Shown piece by piece: positions 38,000-48,362 of a stretch of DNA of 64,000 nt. The notes below the pieces were generated by a model that made no database searches, had not been told where the DNA came from, and saw nothing but the letters and a program-made list of their open reading frames with translations. The DNA is taken from IMG/VR virus record IMGVR_UViG_3300024272_000021, one strand, 5' to 3'. The stretch's first letter is position 1, and every line of letters begins with the position of its first letter. The position numbers were made by a program, and so were the translations under genes. The stretch comes from a virus (taxonomy: Duplodnaviria; Heunggongvirae; Uroviricota; Caudoviricetes).

Positions 38000-38143
38000 C
38001 GGCCACAGTAGGACTCGAACCTACAACCTACCGGTTATGGAGGGATAGAGGAGATTTGAACTCCTATACTTTCTTTCCCGGGAAAGAAAAACCTTCCAGA
38101 GCTATCCCACAGCCGGTTGCTCCACCATTAAGCTATGTGGCCA
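38000..38143 (-). tRNA. tRNA-Asn (GUU) interrupted inside the anticodon (CTGT|TAA) by a 71-nt insertion
   Basis: outer acceptor GGCCACA/TGTGGCC, D-arm GCTT-AATGGTG-GAGC, anticodon stem ACCGG/CCGGT, T-arm GTAGG-TTCGAGT-CCTAC are all perfect; removing 38038-38108 restores the canonical loop CTGTTAA. Confidence 0.7.
38038..38108 (-). mobile_element. 71-nt intervening element inside tRNA-Asn: a tRNA top-half/minihelix mimic with its own 7-bp acceptor stem (GGGATAG/CTATCCC), T-arm (AGGAG-TTCAAAT-CTCCT), a CTTTC-CCGG-GAAAG hairpin and a 3' TCCA tail
   Basis: folded by hand from the minus strand; no D-arm or anticodon arm. Confidence 0.6.
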
Positions 38144-38436
38144 CACAATTTAGTTTATATACATTCATAACTATAAACGCTACACTCTGGCTTAGACATC
38201 TGTTGAGTGGTCTACCAGAACCTCTCCTCGCATTTGTGTTACTCGCCTTACGTTTAAAGATATAAACTACATAAACTAAATCACGGAACTTTTCAGAATG
38301 ACGCCCGTTCACTAGGTCGTATCCGTTTCACATTATCCAAAATCCATTCTGATAACTATCATATATAAATCTAATTTCGCCCATATATCATTTCAGGGAT
38401 CGAATCAGACGCCACTCTGTGAACCGAGCAGGCTGA

Positions 38437-38512
38437 TGGTGAGCCATCTGGGAATCGAACCCAGGACACCATGATTAAAAGTCATGTGCTCTACCGACTG
38501 AGCTAATGGCTC
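38437..38512 (-). tRNA. tRNA-Lys (anticodon UUU), CCA encoded
   Basis: acceptor GAGCCAT/ATGGCTC, anticodon arm CATGA-CTTTTAA-TCATG, T-arm CTGGG-TTCGATT-CCCAG. Confidence 0.85.
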
Positions 38513-38612
38513 ATAAGATGCGCCGTTTTGCCCCGACGCTAGGCCAAACTAGATGGGCGGATTTTCCTCCGCATTGATAATCATAAAAGCATTCCTCATA
38601 CGAATCATCCCC

Positions 38613-38631
38613 CATTAATTTTGTATCGTTA
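38613..38631 (-). promoter_or_regulatory. Conserved promoter-like motif copy placed to drive leftward transcription of tRNA array 3
   Basis: cattaattttgtatcgtt with no ORF downstream, only tRNAs. Confidence 0.5.
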
Positions 38632-39041
38632 CTTGCTACTTCCCAGCCACGGAGCTAACCTACGAGCCTTGACCGCTCACCCAAACTCTTCGTCGTGGAT
38701 TTTGTAAAGCTTTAGCGGGTTCCGGGTTCAATCCCCTTCTTAACCCTCTTTACTACTTTGATAAACGACCTTTGACCAAACTAAACTTTGAAGTTTGAGC
38801 CTTGAACCTTAAGCTTTTGTCTTTCATCTTTACAGTATATCGCGTCGGATGATTGCCCGATGCTCCAATAGCATAATCTTTCCCAAAAAGATCGCTGTAT
38901 ATTATCATATACTTAAGATATCAGCTTAGCAGGCTGTTCTTCAAATTGAGATGTTTTATTTAACTTATTTATATCACTCTAAACATCAAAAAGACGAGAT
39001 AAGCAGTCGTTTAAGGTTTTCGGAAAGCAGCAAGTTACTAA

Positions 39042-39695
39042 TTAATACTCGAACTCAATTACGGTAAGTGCGTTAGACACGCTTAGGGCCGCATCAACTT
39101 CCGTAAGGAATTCATTAATCTCAGCTTCAAGATTTTCCATGATCTTTGCAACACCAAGAGGATCGATTAGATCATAGGTGTTATTCTCGATGTAAGTCTG
39201 TCGCAGAGCCTGCATGGCATCGCTGTCAACAGTCATCTTGGAATCCTTGGGCTGAGCCCCAATTACAGAGAGGACATACTGTTCAGCTCGCTTCTCAATC
39301 GCTTCGCCGCTGTTACGGTTCAGTTCATTCTGTGCGTTCTGATGCTGATAAGTGATGGTTCGAAGCATCTGCTCCTTAAACTCTACACCATGATTCTTAG
39401 CTTCAATAGCCTCGGCCACAGTATATTCCTTACCACCAATCGTAACTTTGGTATTGGCGTTAGAAAGCACTACGGCTCTCTTCATAGCATCGCGACGAGC
39501 CATTAGATCGCAAGCCTTCTGATAACCACTCTTGATGCTATCCTTGAAGTTAGCAAGAGTCATGCCATTAATCTTCTCGGCGGAATGCTTTACCGCCAGT
39601 ACATACGAGACATTGTTGATAGCCTTAGAAATTCGGGAATCCATGGTCTTGAGTTCAGCCAGAGCCTTATGGATCGTCATCTTCTCAGTAGTCAT
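39042..39695 (-). CDS. Hypothetical protein in a locally GC-richer segment
   Basis: ORF; composition visibly differs from its surroundings. Confidence 0.45.
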   Translation of the reverse strand: MTTEKMTIHKALAELKTMDSRISKAINNVSYVLAVKHSAEKINGMTLANFKDSIKSGYQKACDLMARRDAMKRAVVLSNANTKVTIGGKEYTVAEAIEAKNHGVEFKEQMLRTITYQHQNAQNELNRNSGEAIEKRAEQYVLSVIGAQPKDSKMTVDSDAMQALRQTYIENNTYDLIDPLGVAKIMENLEAEINEFLTEVDAALSVSNALTVIEFEY

Positions 39696-39811
39696 TTTCT
39701 TGTCCTCCTAATTAACTTTGATCTTTCATTCATTTTGTGTTGTGTTGTTTCCTTTGAACTGGATTTATTATATCACACTTTCCAGAATTTGTCAACACCT
39801 TTATTTGTTAA

Positions 39812-40189
39812 TTAATTGTTATCGTAAAAATGTCGTTCGTTCAGATACTTCTCAATGTTATCCGCAATCTTACGGAAGTCATCTACATACTTGGCAAGTC
39901 TCTTATTCATGCTATTGTGATATGTCTCGGTGAGTCTATCACAGGCAATCGCCTTACCGCGCTGCTCATTCCATTCATCTTCGGGATGAAGCTTTGCTAC
40001 GGCCTTATACTTACGGTTCATGTCAAACTTAGAATGATTATAAGTGTTACTTATCTGCATTCCAGATGTTACACACGGGATAAACTTATTGTTTATCATA
40101 TTCTCCGCGTCAAAATAACATCCATCAATTTCAGCTACTACAACACCATTGTCCTTGTCAGTAATGTAATTAACTCGCTTGTTATCCAT
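39812..40189 (-). CDS. Hypothetical protein
   Basis: ORF; promoter motif at 40202. Confidence 0.4.
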   Translation of the reverse strand: MDNKRVNYITDKDNGVVVAEIDGCYFDAENMINNKFIPCVTSGMQISNTYNHSKFDMNRKYKAVAKLHPEDEWNEQRGKAIACDRLTETYHNSMNKRLAKYVDDFRKIADNIEKYLNERHFYDNN

Positions 40190-40257
40190 TGTCTTGCTCC
40201 TTCATTAATTTTGTTTTGTTGACCGTGTATATATATTACCATATATTCCCAAATTTG

Positions 40258-40974
40258 TCAAGGGGTTTCTGAAATATTTTTTTCATCCCTTTTCTGAACG
40301 AGGTAATCATATAGTTCTCCGGCGGTTTTAAGATCTTCACTACCTTCTATTAGCCAACGCATAATAATAGGATCCTCACCTTTGCCATAGTCCATCTCGG
40401 GATCAAAAAACTGTGGTTCAAGTTCTTCTTCAAGAGCATCAACCACACCTTCAAAAATATCGGTTAACATATTACTCTCAAAATAAACATTTAGAATCTT
40501 TTCGAGTGAGCGTAGATTATCCCAATAATTATCTAGCGTGTTTATGATATCACAGAACGTCTTCTTGTTCATCTCGAATTCATCTCCACTTTCTTTCCTT
40601 TTATAATCCCTTATATTTTTAAGTTCCCGCCGTGAAAGATTGTCTAGACGCTTTGAATACTGGTCACAAATATTTCCTAAGATACCATGCATCCAGCGCT
40701 GAAACTCGACTTCCTTAGGTTCCTGAGGATAAGTATAGTTGTCGACCGTTTCTCCCCAAGGTAGGTATCTGGACGAGCAGAGGCTCCATCCAGTTAGAGT
40801 TGGTTCAGCATAATACATAGTGTCGCATCTCAGACCGACTAAATATTTACCAGTATCTTCTTGGTGATAAAACCTTATTGGCTCACCACCCTGAAAACCA
40901 GTATATGTATATCCATCTTCTGGTCGAATAAGTTTGCGCACGATACGTTGGCGTAGGTTGTTAAATAACTTCAT
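40258..40974 (-). CDS. Hypothetical protein
   Basis: ORF. Confidence 0.4.
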   Translation of the reverse strand: MKLFNNLRQRIVRKLIRPEDGYTYTGFQGGEPIRFYHQEDTGKYLVGLRCDTMYYAEPTLTGWSLCSSRYLPWGETVDNYTYPQEPKEVEFQRWMHGILGNICDQYSKRLDNLSRRELKNIRDYKRKESGDEFEMNKKTFCDIINTLDNYWDNLRSLEKILNVYFESNMLTDIFEGVVDALEEELEPQFFDPEMDYGKGEDPIIMRWLIEGSEDLKTAGELYDYLVQKRDEKNISETP

Positions 40975-40985
40975 AAGCGCACCTC

Positions 40986-41345
40986 TTATTCCATAATAAT
41001 ACGATATCTTTCTTCACCTATTTGTTCTATCAAACCATAACAATGGAACTCCGTATCCCTCTGCAGTTCCCAAAACAGTAATCTTGTCTTTCCTTCAAAA
41101 ATACAATTATATACCTGAATATCTCCATCAATCTTAACACCCATAACAACGGTATTGTCATTCTTAACAGTAAAAATTGCACAATAATCACAATCATGTT
41201 CTTCTAGAAGCTCGTACATGAACCCAGGAACATCTTTATCCGTTAGAAGAATACTCGCATACTGACCGCAACCACATTTACATATGGGTGCCTGCAGAAA
41301 ATTCTTGTTTTTGTCCAGTCCGTAGTAAGCAAACGTTGTTTTCAT
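40986..41345 (-). CDS. Hypothetical Cys-rich protein
   Basis: ORF; promoter motif at 41389. Confidence 0.4.
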   Translation of the reverse strand: MKTTFAYYGLDKNKNFLQAPICKCGCGQYASILLTDKDVPGFMYELLEEHDCDYCAIFTVKNDNTVVMGVKIDGDIQVYNCIFEGKTRLLFWELQRDTEFHCYGLIEQIGEERYRIIME

Positions 41346-41413
41346 ATGATTGTATCTCCTTTTGTCAATTTATGGAAGAATTATACCACATTAATTTTGT
41401 GCTGTCAAGAGGG

Positions 41414-44400
41414 TTATAGATTTTCCTTAATCAAATAGTTCGTAATCCACGGCTCATACTCGTCCAATTTAACCCACTGCCCATCTACCTTCCGGCTTTT
41501 CTGTCTCTCTTCCGCATAGAACTTAATAATAACTCCACTATCAAAAGGCTTCTTCTGATACAGCATCTTCTGTAGCTTATAAATTACAGTTTCCCCTGTT
41601 CCAAGCATATAGACAGTAATCTTGGGTGAATACTTAGTATCTACCGATATTACCAGTCCTGTGTTTTCCAATTTAGGATCGACATAAGATATGTAGCCTA
41701 AATACTCTCGTTCTGCGTCCAGTCTTTCAACAAGAGGAAGTTCTTCATTAGGGATATCGTTAATAACCTCATTGAGAAGTGCTTCCATTGATTCAGGATC
41801 GAACCTGTATTGCTTCTCCGTTTCCGTAACAGCATACTTCTGAACCAGTTCTACTGGGAAAATGAGCTTGTCTTTCTTAATTATCTTCTTACCATAATAG
41901 TTATCGTAAAGGTCGCATACCTTAAGAAGCCTTAAGCTATTTCCAAACTCCTCGAAATACCCTAGCTTAATAAGAATCTCGCGCTGACGACTATTGCCAG
42001 GGAAGACTTTAAGCATATCTACAAAGGAATTAAAACGTATGTCTTTCATGGCATAAAGATTATTTCCTACTTCTACATTACAGTACTTAACGGCACCCAC
42101 TCCCTTGTAAATACTGTTGGTTTCCCTATCAATGTTATAATCAGCGTTAGAATGTCGGAACTTAATAGGCTTCAATTCTATACCAAAGTAATTCATTTCA
42201 GAAATAAGATTAGCTGTTCTTTCCATATCGCCGCTATACAAAGACAGCGCAACCGTAAAGTATTCCAGAGGATAATGAGCCTTCAAATAAGCACCATAAA
42301 GGCTATCAATTGCAACAGACAGACTATGTGAAGCATTGAAGGAATAATGCGCAGCATCTTCTACGACCTGCCAAGTCTCATTAAACCCTTCTTCTTTGCC
42401 AACATTCGCAACCCAACCGTTCAATAGCTTCTCTTTCAGTTCCTTGAGCTCGTCCTCCTTAAACTTCTTCTTTGCAATTTTCTTGATAATATCATATGTT
42501 CCCTTTTCCTCGATACCCAACCAAACCAGATACTTCATAATACTTTCCTGATAAATTAGGTAATGGAAAGAATCCTCTAGAATATCATCAAGATCCTTAA
42601 CTCCAGTAGTATAAGGCAGTCTATCGACGAAATTGCTCAGCAGCGATGCAAAGCCAGGACGAATTGCGGCTACATACGCAGAAAGCTCTGCAAGATTGCG
42701 CGGTTTATACTTCTTTAGAATCTGCTTATCATAATCAGAGTCGGCCTGATTGATTGTGGTAGTAATTCCCTTAGCATAAAGATCCCATACTCTATCATCG
42801 CAATTTTTAATTAAAGTTGAAATATCATCAATAGGTCTTCCGATTAGCTTATAGACTTCGTTTATAATCTGATACACGACTACGGTTAAGTAATCGTTTT
42901 TTAAGAATTTGTAAACATCACAATTATAGCCATCAAGGCAACAACAAGTCACGTCTCCAACTTTAACCAATCCTACAATTTCTGAAATCTTATCATTAGA
43001 AAGTAGGAAAGAACAAGGAGAAGGCGCTACACTTTCAACAACGCCACGGAACACCTTGCTATCTTCAATTAGTTGTTTCCATTCGGGATGGTCCTCATAG
43101 GCTTCCAAATTCTTTGCAATCTCATCGTATTCAGAAATGTGCATATCATTTGCCTTGCACCAAAGCCTAAATGCAGAAGATTCCTGCAACGGCTTATATG
43201 CAATCATATAATAAATGCCATCTTCGCCTAGAATATCTTTACTAGCCTGAATAACAGGTGTGACATCCGCCCAGTTTAGATCTATATCCGGGAGGCTGCG
43301 ACTGGAGAGAATACGTTCTGCCGACATAAATCTAGTCGGGTAAAGTGTAATTGGTGCGCTAATTCTATCTACTTCTGTTAGTCCTAGAAGCTTATTTACA
43401 TAGAAGGAAACAGCACTGCCTCGTCCGCTTCTGGTAAGTATCGCACCATATTCTTCGACTGCCTTTTTGACAATGTAATGGTCCAGAATAAAGTAATCCG
43501 CCATACCGCAATCTTCTATGATTTTGTATTCATATTTGATCTGCTTGATATATTCCTTCCACTTTTCCTTTGGCACATTATTCTTTTCTTTTGCCCATCC
43601 TTCATTGATTAGCTTCTGAAGAACTTTGTTACTGTTACCTTCAGTAATCTTAGGAATCTTAAATTCCTTATCAAGATGAATACCTTCAGAATTATCAAAT
43701 ACCAAAGTATTATTCAGTGCTTCTGTTACTTCTTCTTTGGTTAAAACACCTTGCTCTTCGTATCTCTTATAAATTTCATCAGAGTCAGGATAATCAAGTA
43801 CAAAACCGCCTTCTTCCTCATATACAATTCCCTTTGCCTTTAGAAACAGATCTCTGTTTTTTGCATCATTAGGATAAATATAATGAGAGTCATTGGCATG
43901 GATTAAAGCAACTCCATATTTTCTATGCACATCAAGAATTTTTCTATTATATTCTTTTTGCTTGTCATCCACATGGGCCTGCACTTCTAAGAAAAAATTA
44001 CTCTTAAAATGATTTCTGACGGGAATCAAAAACTTCTCTTCCCAACCATCCTTAAACATTCGTCCTGCAATACAAGCGGTGGTTACTACTACTTCATCCG
44101 CAGGCAATGACAAAAGAAGATTCAGATCAATCCTAGGCTTATAATAGTAACCACTGGTATTAGCGACAGACATAATTTTATTAATTTTTTCTCTTGCGTT
44201 TTCGGTCATTGCAACAAGCATAATATGATGCATAGCTCTAGAAGACTTATCATTGATATCATCTACATAATAAGCCTCTACACCATATATACACTTAAGT
44301 CCATGCTCATTACACAGAGTATGGGCCTCGAAGATATTCCCTTGATACCCATGCTCTGTTGTAAAATATGTGGTATGCCCCAGTTCTTTTGCACGATTAA

Positions 44401-44482
44401 TGTAATCAATTGGTTTTGAGATACAGTCTAGGGTTCTCAAATTTGAATACATTGTATGTTTGTGATAATTATTATATCTCAT
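41414..44482 (-). CDS. dnaE: DNA polymerase III alpha subunit (DnaE-like, N-terminal PHP domain)
   Basis: N-terminal YHKHTMYS PHP motif; 1022 aa; start codon inside the promoter motif. Confidence 0.85.
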   Translation of the reverse strand: MRYNNYHKHTMYSNLRTLDCISKPIDYINRAKELGHTTYFTTEHGYQGNIFEAHTLCNEHGLKCIYGVEAYYVDDINDKSSRAMHHIMLVAMTENAREKINKIMSVANTSGYYYKPRIDLNLLLSLPADEVVVTTACIAGRMFKDGWEEKFLIPVRNHFKSNFFLEVQAHVDDKQKEYNRKILDVHRKYGVALIHANDSHYIYPNDAKNRDLFLKAKGIVYEEEGGFVLDYPDSDEIYKRYEEQGVLTKEEVTEALNNTLVFDNSEGIHLDKEFKIPKITEGNSNKVLQKLINEGWAKEKNNVPKEKWKEYIKQIKYEYKIIEDCGMADYFILDHYIVKKAVEEYGAILTRSGRGSAVSFYVNKLLGLTEVDRISAPITLYPTRFMSAERILSSRSLPDIDLNWADVTPVIQASKDILGEDGIYYMIAYKPLQESSAFRLWCKANDMHISEYDEIAKNLEAYEDHPEWKQLIEDSKVFRGVVESVAPSPCSFLLSNDKISEIVGLVKVGDVTCCCLDGYNCDVYKFLKNDYLTVVVYQIINEVYKLIGRPIDDISTLIKNCDDRVWDLYAKGITTTINQADSDYDKQILKKYKPRNLAELSAYVAAIRPGFASLLSNFVDRLPYTTGVKDLDDILEDSFHYLIYQESIMKYLVWLGIEEKGTYDIIKKIAKKKFKEDELKELKEKLLNGWVANVGKEEGFNETWQVVEDAAHYSFNASHSLSVAIDSLYGAYLKAHYPLEYFTVALSLYSGDMERTANLISEMNYFGIELKPIKFRHSNADYNIDRETNSIYKGVGAVKYCNVEVGNNLYAMKDIRFNSFVDMLKVFPGNSRQREILIKLGYFEEFGNSLRLLKVCDLYDNYYGKKIIKKDKLIFPVELVQKYAVTETEKQYRFDPESMEALLNEVINDIPNEELPLVERLDAEREYLGYISYVDPKLENTGLVISVDTKYSPKITVYMLGTGETVIYKLQKMLYQKKPFDSGVIIKFYAEERQKSRKVDGQWVKLDEYEPWITNYLIKENL

Positions 44483-44498
44483 CTGTCTGCCCCGTTCT

Positions 44499-44517
44499 CA
44501 TTAATTTTGTATTGTTA
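44499..44517 (-). promoter_or_regulatory. Conserved promoter/leader motif upstream of the polymerase gene
   Basis: cattaattttgtattgtt 17 nt upstream of the 44482 start. Confidence 0.5.
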
Positions 44518-44541
44518 CCTTATCACAAAATTCATCCTTTG

Positions 44542-46017
44542 TCAAGACATAGATATAATTTCATAATCTTCAATAATAAACTGAGCGGTAGACCTGCCTT
44601 GATACCTATTAATACTGCACCTACCTGCAACATTAAGTACAAGTTCGTTAGCTATATATCCATTAGCAAAGTCTAATAGTTCATCATCGTCCTTGCACTT
44701 AAATTTACAATATTTAATTCCATTATGCATAAAAGTCACGGAATCTGCATTCGCTCCCATAATTAAACAAGCTCCTAGAGAAACAGGAACATTCTCCAAG
44801 ACAATCATAGGCTCTTCAATTCCATTTCCGTAAATCCATTTACTGTTATCAATGGCCTGAATGAAATCCGCCTCAATATCATCAGCGTCAAGCACAAAAT
44901 CACAATAAATAGTATCGTCATATTCAATGTTTTCAAGCGCTTCATTCAGTGCATCGCGAGCTTCTAAAAGATTTTCTTCATCGATTTCCGTTCCGAACGC
45001 ATTAGAGTGGCCCATATTCCAATTAAAAAGCTTTGTAGAATCTAGTAACGCCTTTAAATCTTTAACGGGAGACTTATTGCAATTCCTACAGCTGCCACCG
45101 AAAATCCCCTTAGAATATTCCCTTAAAAGAATACAAGGTTTGCCTGCCCAATCAGCCAAACGCATTGCTGCCAATCCAATTATACCCGGATCTGCATCAT
45201 CAGGTGCAGCCATCATAAGAATTTTATCTTCTGGATTAATATCGGCCTTAAGCTCGTCGCACAATTCATCTCTCATTTTATCTTGCCTAGATTTTGCGTT
45301 TTTACATAGCCTTGCTGCGCGAGTATAAATATCTTCGCTTATAACCTCACTACTACCTCGTTTCTTATATGGGAATACTTCGTCCGTTTCAATAAAAGCT
45401 CTAAATAATAGATCTCGATCTTCATAGCTTCCAATACGAATCATTCCGTTACAAATAGGGGTCCAGTACCATGAGATGTTATGAATATTAATTTCGCCTT
45501 TTGTGCTAAATTCTTGTGCTTTGTCGAGCGCTTTAAGAAATTTATTATTAATGTGCCTCATTCCGGTCTCGATATAATAGCGAGTCTGATGGTTCTTAAT
45601 TGACATAACGTCGGAAATATTTCCAAAAGCAACTAGATCTAAAAAGTCATTTGCATAATCATATAATAGATAATCATCGAGCGCTCTTAAGAATTCATAC
45701 ACGATGCCTACACCTGAAAAATCTTTACAAGTATAATTATCACTAGACTGATTATTAACAATAATTGCTTTGCATTCTTCTGCTCGATCTTCGACTTGAT
45801 GGTGGTCCAAACAAATGCAATCAATTCCATTCTGAATTAGTTCATTAAGTTCTTTAACATCATTAGAACCTGCATCTGGAATGATAAGTAATCGAGTTCC
45901 TTTCGGAATCTTGAAATCTCCATTGTTCATTTTACTAAGACCGTGTGATTTATTGTTATTATGTATGATATATTGCACGGGATAATTCGGGTTTAACCTT
46001 TTAATATAATTGTACAT
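44542..46017 (-). CDS. DHH-family phosphoesterase (RecJ-like)
   Basis: LLIIPDAGSND and ICLDHHQVED DHH motifs; 491 aa. Confidence 0.6.
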   Translation of the reverse strand: MYNYIKRLNPNYPVQYIIHNNNKSHGLSKMNNGDFKIPKGTRLLIIPDAGSNDVKELNELIQNGIDCICLDHHQVEDRAEECKAIIVNNQSSDNYTCKDFSGVGIVYEFLRALDDYLLYDYANDFLDLVAFGNISDVMSIKNHQTRYYIETGMRHINNKFLKALDKAQEFSTKGEINIHNISWYWTPICNGMIRIGSYEDRDLLFRAFIETDEVFPYKKRGSSEVISEDIYTRAARLCKNAKSRQDKMRDELCDELKADINPEDKILMMAAPDDADPGIIGLAAMRLADWAGKPCILLREYSKGIFGGSCRNCNKSPVKDLKALLDSTKLFNWNMGHSNAFGTEIDEENLLEARDALNEALENIEYDDTIYCDFVLDADDIEADFIQAIDNSKWIYGNGIEEPMIVLENVPVSLGACLIMGANADSVTFMHNGIKYCKFKCKDDDELLDFANGYIANELVLNVAGRCSINRYQGRSTAQFIIEDYEIISMS

Positions 46018-46244
46018 AGCTGCCGCACTTGTATAGCCGTCAGGGATCGCAGTCTACTAAAACTGCGATATCATCACCCCTTTCGAAATGCTTATCAAAG
46101 CACTTGACTGCATCTTCAATATTGTTTAGATTTTCATATTCGTTACAACATGAAGAATTAAGATTTAAATATCCTTCTGGATCTTCAATTCCACGATTCA
46201 AAAGCACAGTTTCTATTACCTGCGTCGTGTCATTTAGCGAATTT

Positions 46245-47303
46245 TCATATAATCTGTACTTCATTTGTATCCTCCAATTCATTTTGTATTGTTAATTGCA
46301 ATTTATCCCAATCTTCCTTAAACATCCATCTATAGCCGCCTGCAAATTCTTTTCTTTTATGACAACAGGCACTAATATTTTTACGGTTTATCTTTGTTTT
46401 CTTTTCAGCTTCTTGTAAGCTATTATAAGTATTCACTAGTTCATTATTTGTCGCAATTTGAAAAACCACTTTTTTATTATTGCCAGTATACTTATTATAA
46501 TAATTTTTTATTACTCCTTGCTCGTAATCTTTTTTATATTCCCAAACAAATCCTCCAGCAGACGCATTATTGTCATAATTATCACAACACCTATAAATAC
46601 TTCCATAATTTATTCCTGTTATAAGATAAGCATCATATGCAGACTTATATTCAGCAATATATTCTCCGTCTAATGTTAATTGAATTACTTCATCACCATT
46701 ACCATAATTAGGGTTTTTATCTCCAGAAAAATCTTTATGATTATCTCTCATTTTTTGTAAAATTTCGTCGCTTAAATTTTCCTTTTTATGAGCTTCTCGA
46801 TTTTTAGCCTTTGACTCATCAGTATGTTTGCGACCATACATTGGGGTATTCTTAGGGTCAGACATTCGATCTTTAGCTATTACCCTTGCTTTTTCTCTCC
46901 TAGTTTCATCTTTCCACACTTCTTTTAATATTGTTCTAATTTTATTTTTTGTTTCTTCGGATACTGCTCTACCTAAGGTCCCTTCTCCTCCATCCGTTTC
47001 GTTATATCCAAAAGATGGATTATTATATTTACGACAATTAGACTTATAAATGCTTATTAGTTCGATTTCTTTATTCTTTGCTTCATTTTCCGTAAGTTCA
47101 CCGGAGATAATAATATGTTCAAAATTATCCCATCCATACTTATTAATCGCTCTATAAAATACAATTTGATTCCTATAATTATAACCATTAATTCCCCATC
47201 GCTCTTCTGGTCTTTTGCTTGTAATCCCAATATACACTTTATTATTAATTTTGTTTTTATGCATATAAACGCACCAAATTCTATTATTTAATTCTTCAGT
47301 CAT
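46245..47303 (-). CDS. GIY-YIG homing endonuclease with NUMOD3-like repeats (freestanding)
   Basis: CVYMHKNKINNKVYIGIT GIY-YIG motif followed by repeated S/T-x-E-T/S-K-x-K-I/N helices. Confidence 0.7.
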   Translation of the reverse strand: MTEELNNRIWCVYMHKNKINNKVYIGITSKRPEERWGINGYNYRNQIVFYRAINKYGWDNFEHIIISGELTENEAKNKEIELISIYKSNCRKYNNPSFGYNETDGGEGTLGRAVSEETKNKIRTILKEVWKDETRREKARVIAKDRMSDPKNTPMYGRKHTDESKAKNREAHKKENLSDEILQKMRDNHKDFSGDKNPNYGNGDEVIQLTLDGEYIAEYKSAYDAYLITGINYGSIYRCCDNYDNNASAGGFVWEYKKDYEQGVIKNYYNKYTGNNKKVVFQIATNNELVNTYNSLQEAEKKTKINRKNISACCHKRKEFAGGYRWMFKEDWDKLQLTIQNELEDTNEVQII

Positions 47304-48346
47304 AGTTCATTGTCTTCCAATTTATCTATATTTTCAATTTCGTTTTTTAATATATATTCAAATTCTTTTTTTAACCCATCGCAAGGAGCGGCCTTATCAT
47401 TGAGATCTAAGTTGTATTCCCATTGCCAAAACTTAATCTCCAGTGTCCTCATTTTACAAAATTCACGCAACACATCAATATTTCTCTTGGTATTTTCTAA
47501 CGGAAGATCCTTATCGAGCATGAATGTCACGGACTTAGGATTAAGCGACATTAAAAGTCTCGCCTGCACAGTACTCAAAGAATTACTGCCAAGTGCAACC
47601 GCATTATTATAACCCCACGAATCCAATTTAAGTACACTTTTTTCACTTTCAAACACCAAAATATCTCCTTCATATAATGTGTCATAATTTTCACTAAAAC
47701 CAAAAAGAGTCTGTGCCATCGGGCCTTGTACTAAAAACAAATATTTTGCTTCATATTCAGACAATTCAAAATTAGCCCTGCCCTTTACCGCCATAATTTC
47801 TCCAGTGGCAGTTCTAATTGGTAGGGTTATTCTTTGACTTTCCGTATCATAACCAATATTCCATTTCCGTTGTGTTAAAAGATCAATTCCATCTTTCAAC
47901 CATGCCAAATTTGGTACATCTTCATACTGTTTTAGAACTTCTTCTGGATACGTCTTAATATCTACACCATCTTTTCGTCTTTGAATATTATTATAGATAT
48001 CTCCGAACAATCCCACTCTTTTTTTATAATTATATAGAGATTCAATGCCAGTTTCTTGTTTAATAACATTAAGAACATCCTTAAACTTAATTCCCTTTTC
48101 TTTTACAATATATGTTATTAAATCATAACTAACATTTCGCTCATAATCCTTTACAAATAAATTTTCATTATTTTGCAAACGAATTACAACAGCAGTAGGG
48201 TTCATACCATATTCAAAAGCACATCTGATTTCCTTATTTCGGATTCGCACCTTATCAAATCCGAAGGTTTCAAGAATGTGCTGGATTAATTCTGGATTAT
48301 CTATTAGTTTGCTCTTTACTTCTTCCAGCACATCCTTCACCTCCAT
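47300..48346 (-). CDS. DnaG-like DNA primase (TOPRIM domain)
   Basis: GDILVFESEKSV TOPRIM glutamate and FMLDKDLP DxD motif. Confidence 0.65.
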   Translation of the reverse strand: MEVKDVLEEVKSKLIDNPELIQHILETFGFDKVRIRNKEIRCAFEYGMNPTAVVIRLQNNENLFVKDYERNVSYDLITYIVKEKGIKFKDVLNVIKQETGIESLYNYKKRVGLFGDIYNNIQRRKDGVDIKTYPEEVLKQYEDVPNLAWLKDGIDLLTQRKWNIGYDTESQRITLPIRTATGEIMAVKGRANFELSEYEAKYLFLVQGPMAQTLFGFSENYDTLYEGDILVFESEKSVLKLDSWGYNNAVALGSNSLSTVQARLLMSLNPKSVTFMLDKDLPLENTKRNIDVLREFCKMRTLEIKFWQWEYNLDLNDKAAPCDGLKKEFEYILKNEIENIDKLEDNEL

Positions 48347-48362
48347 TAATTTTGTGCTGTTA
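48344..48362 (-). promoter_or_regulatory. Conserved promoter/leader motif that includes the primase ATG
   Basis: ccattaattttgtgctgtt. Confidence 0.5.

Noticed and set aside
38690-38730. T-arm-like GGGTTCAATCCCC string, as a possible tmRNA or tRNA 3' end
   Set aside because: No pairing partner for an acceptor stem and no CCA context.
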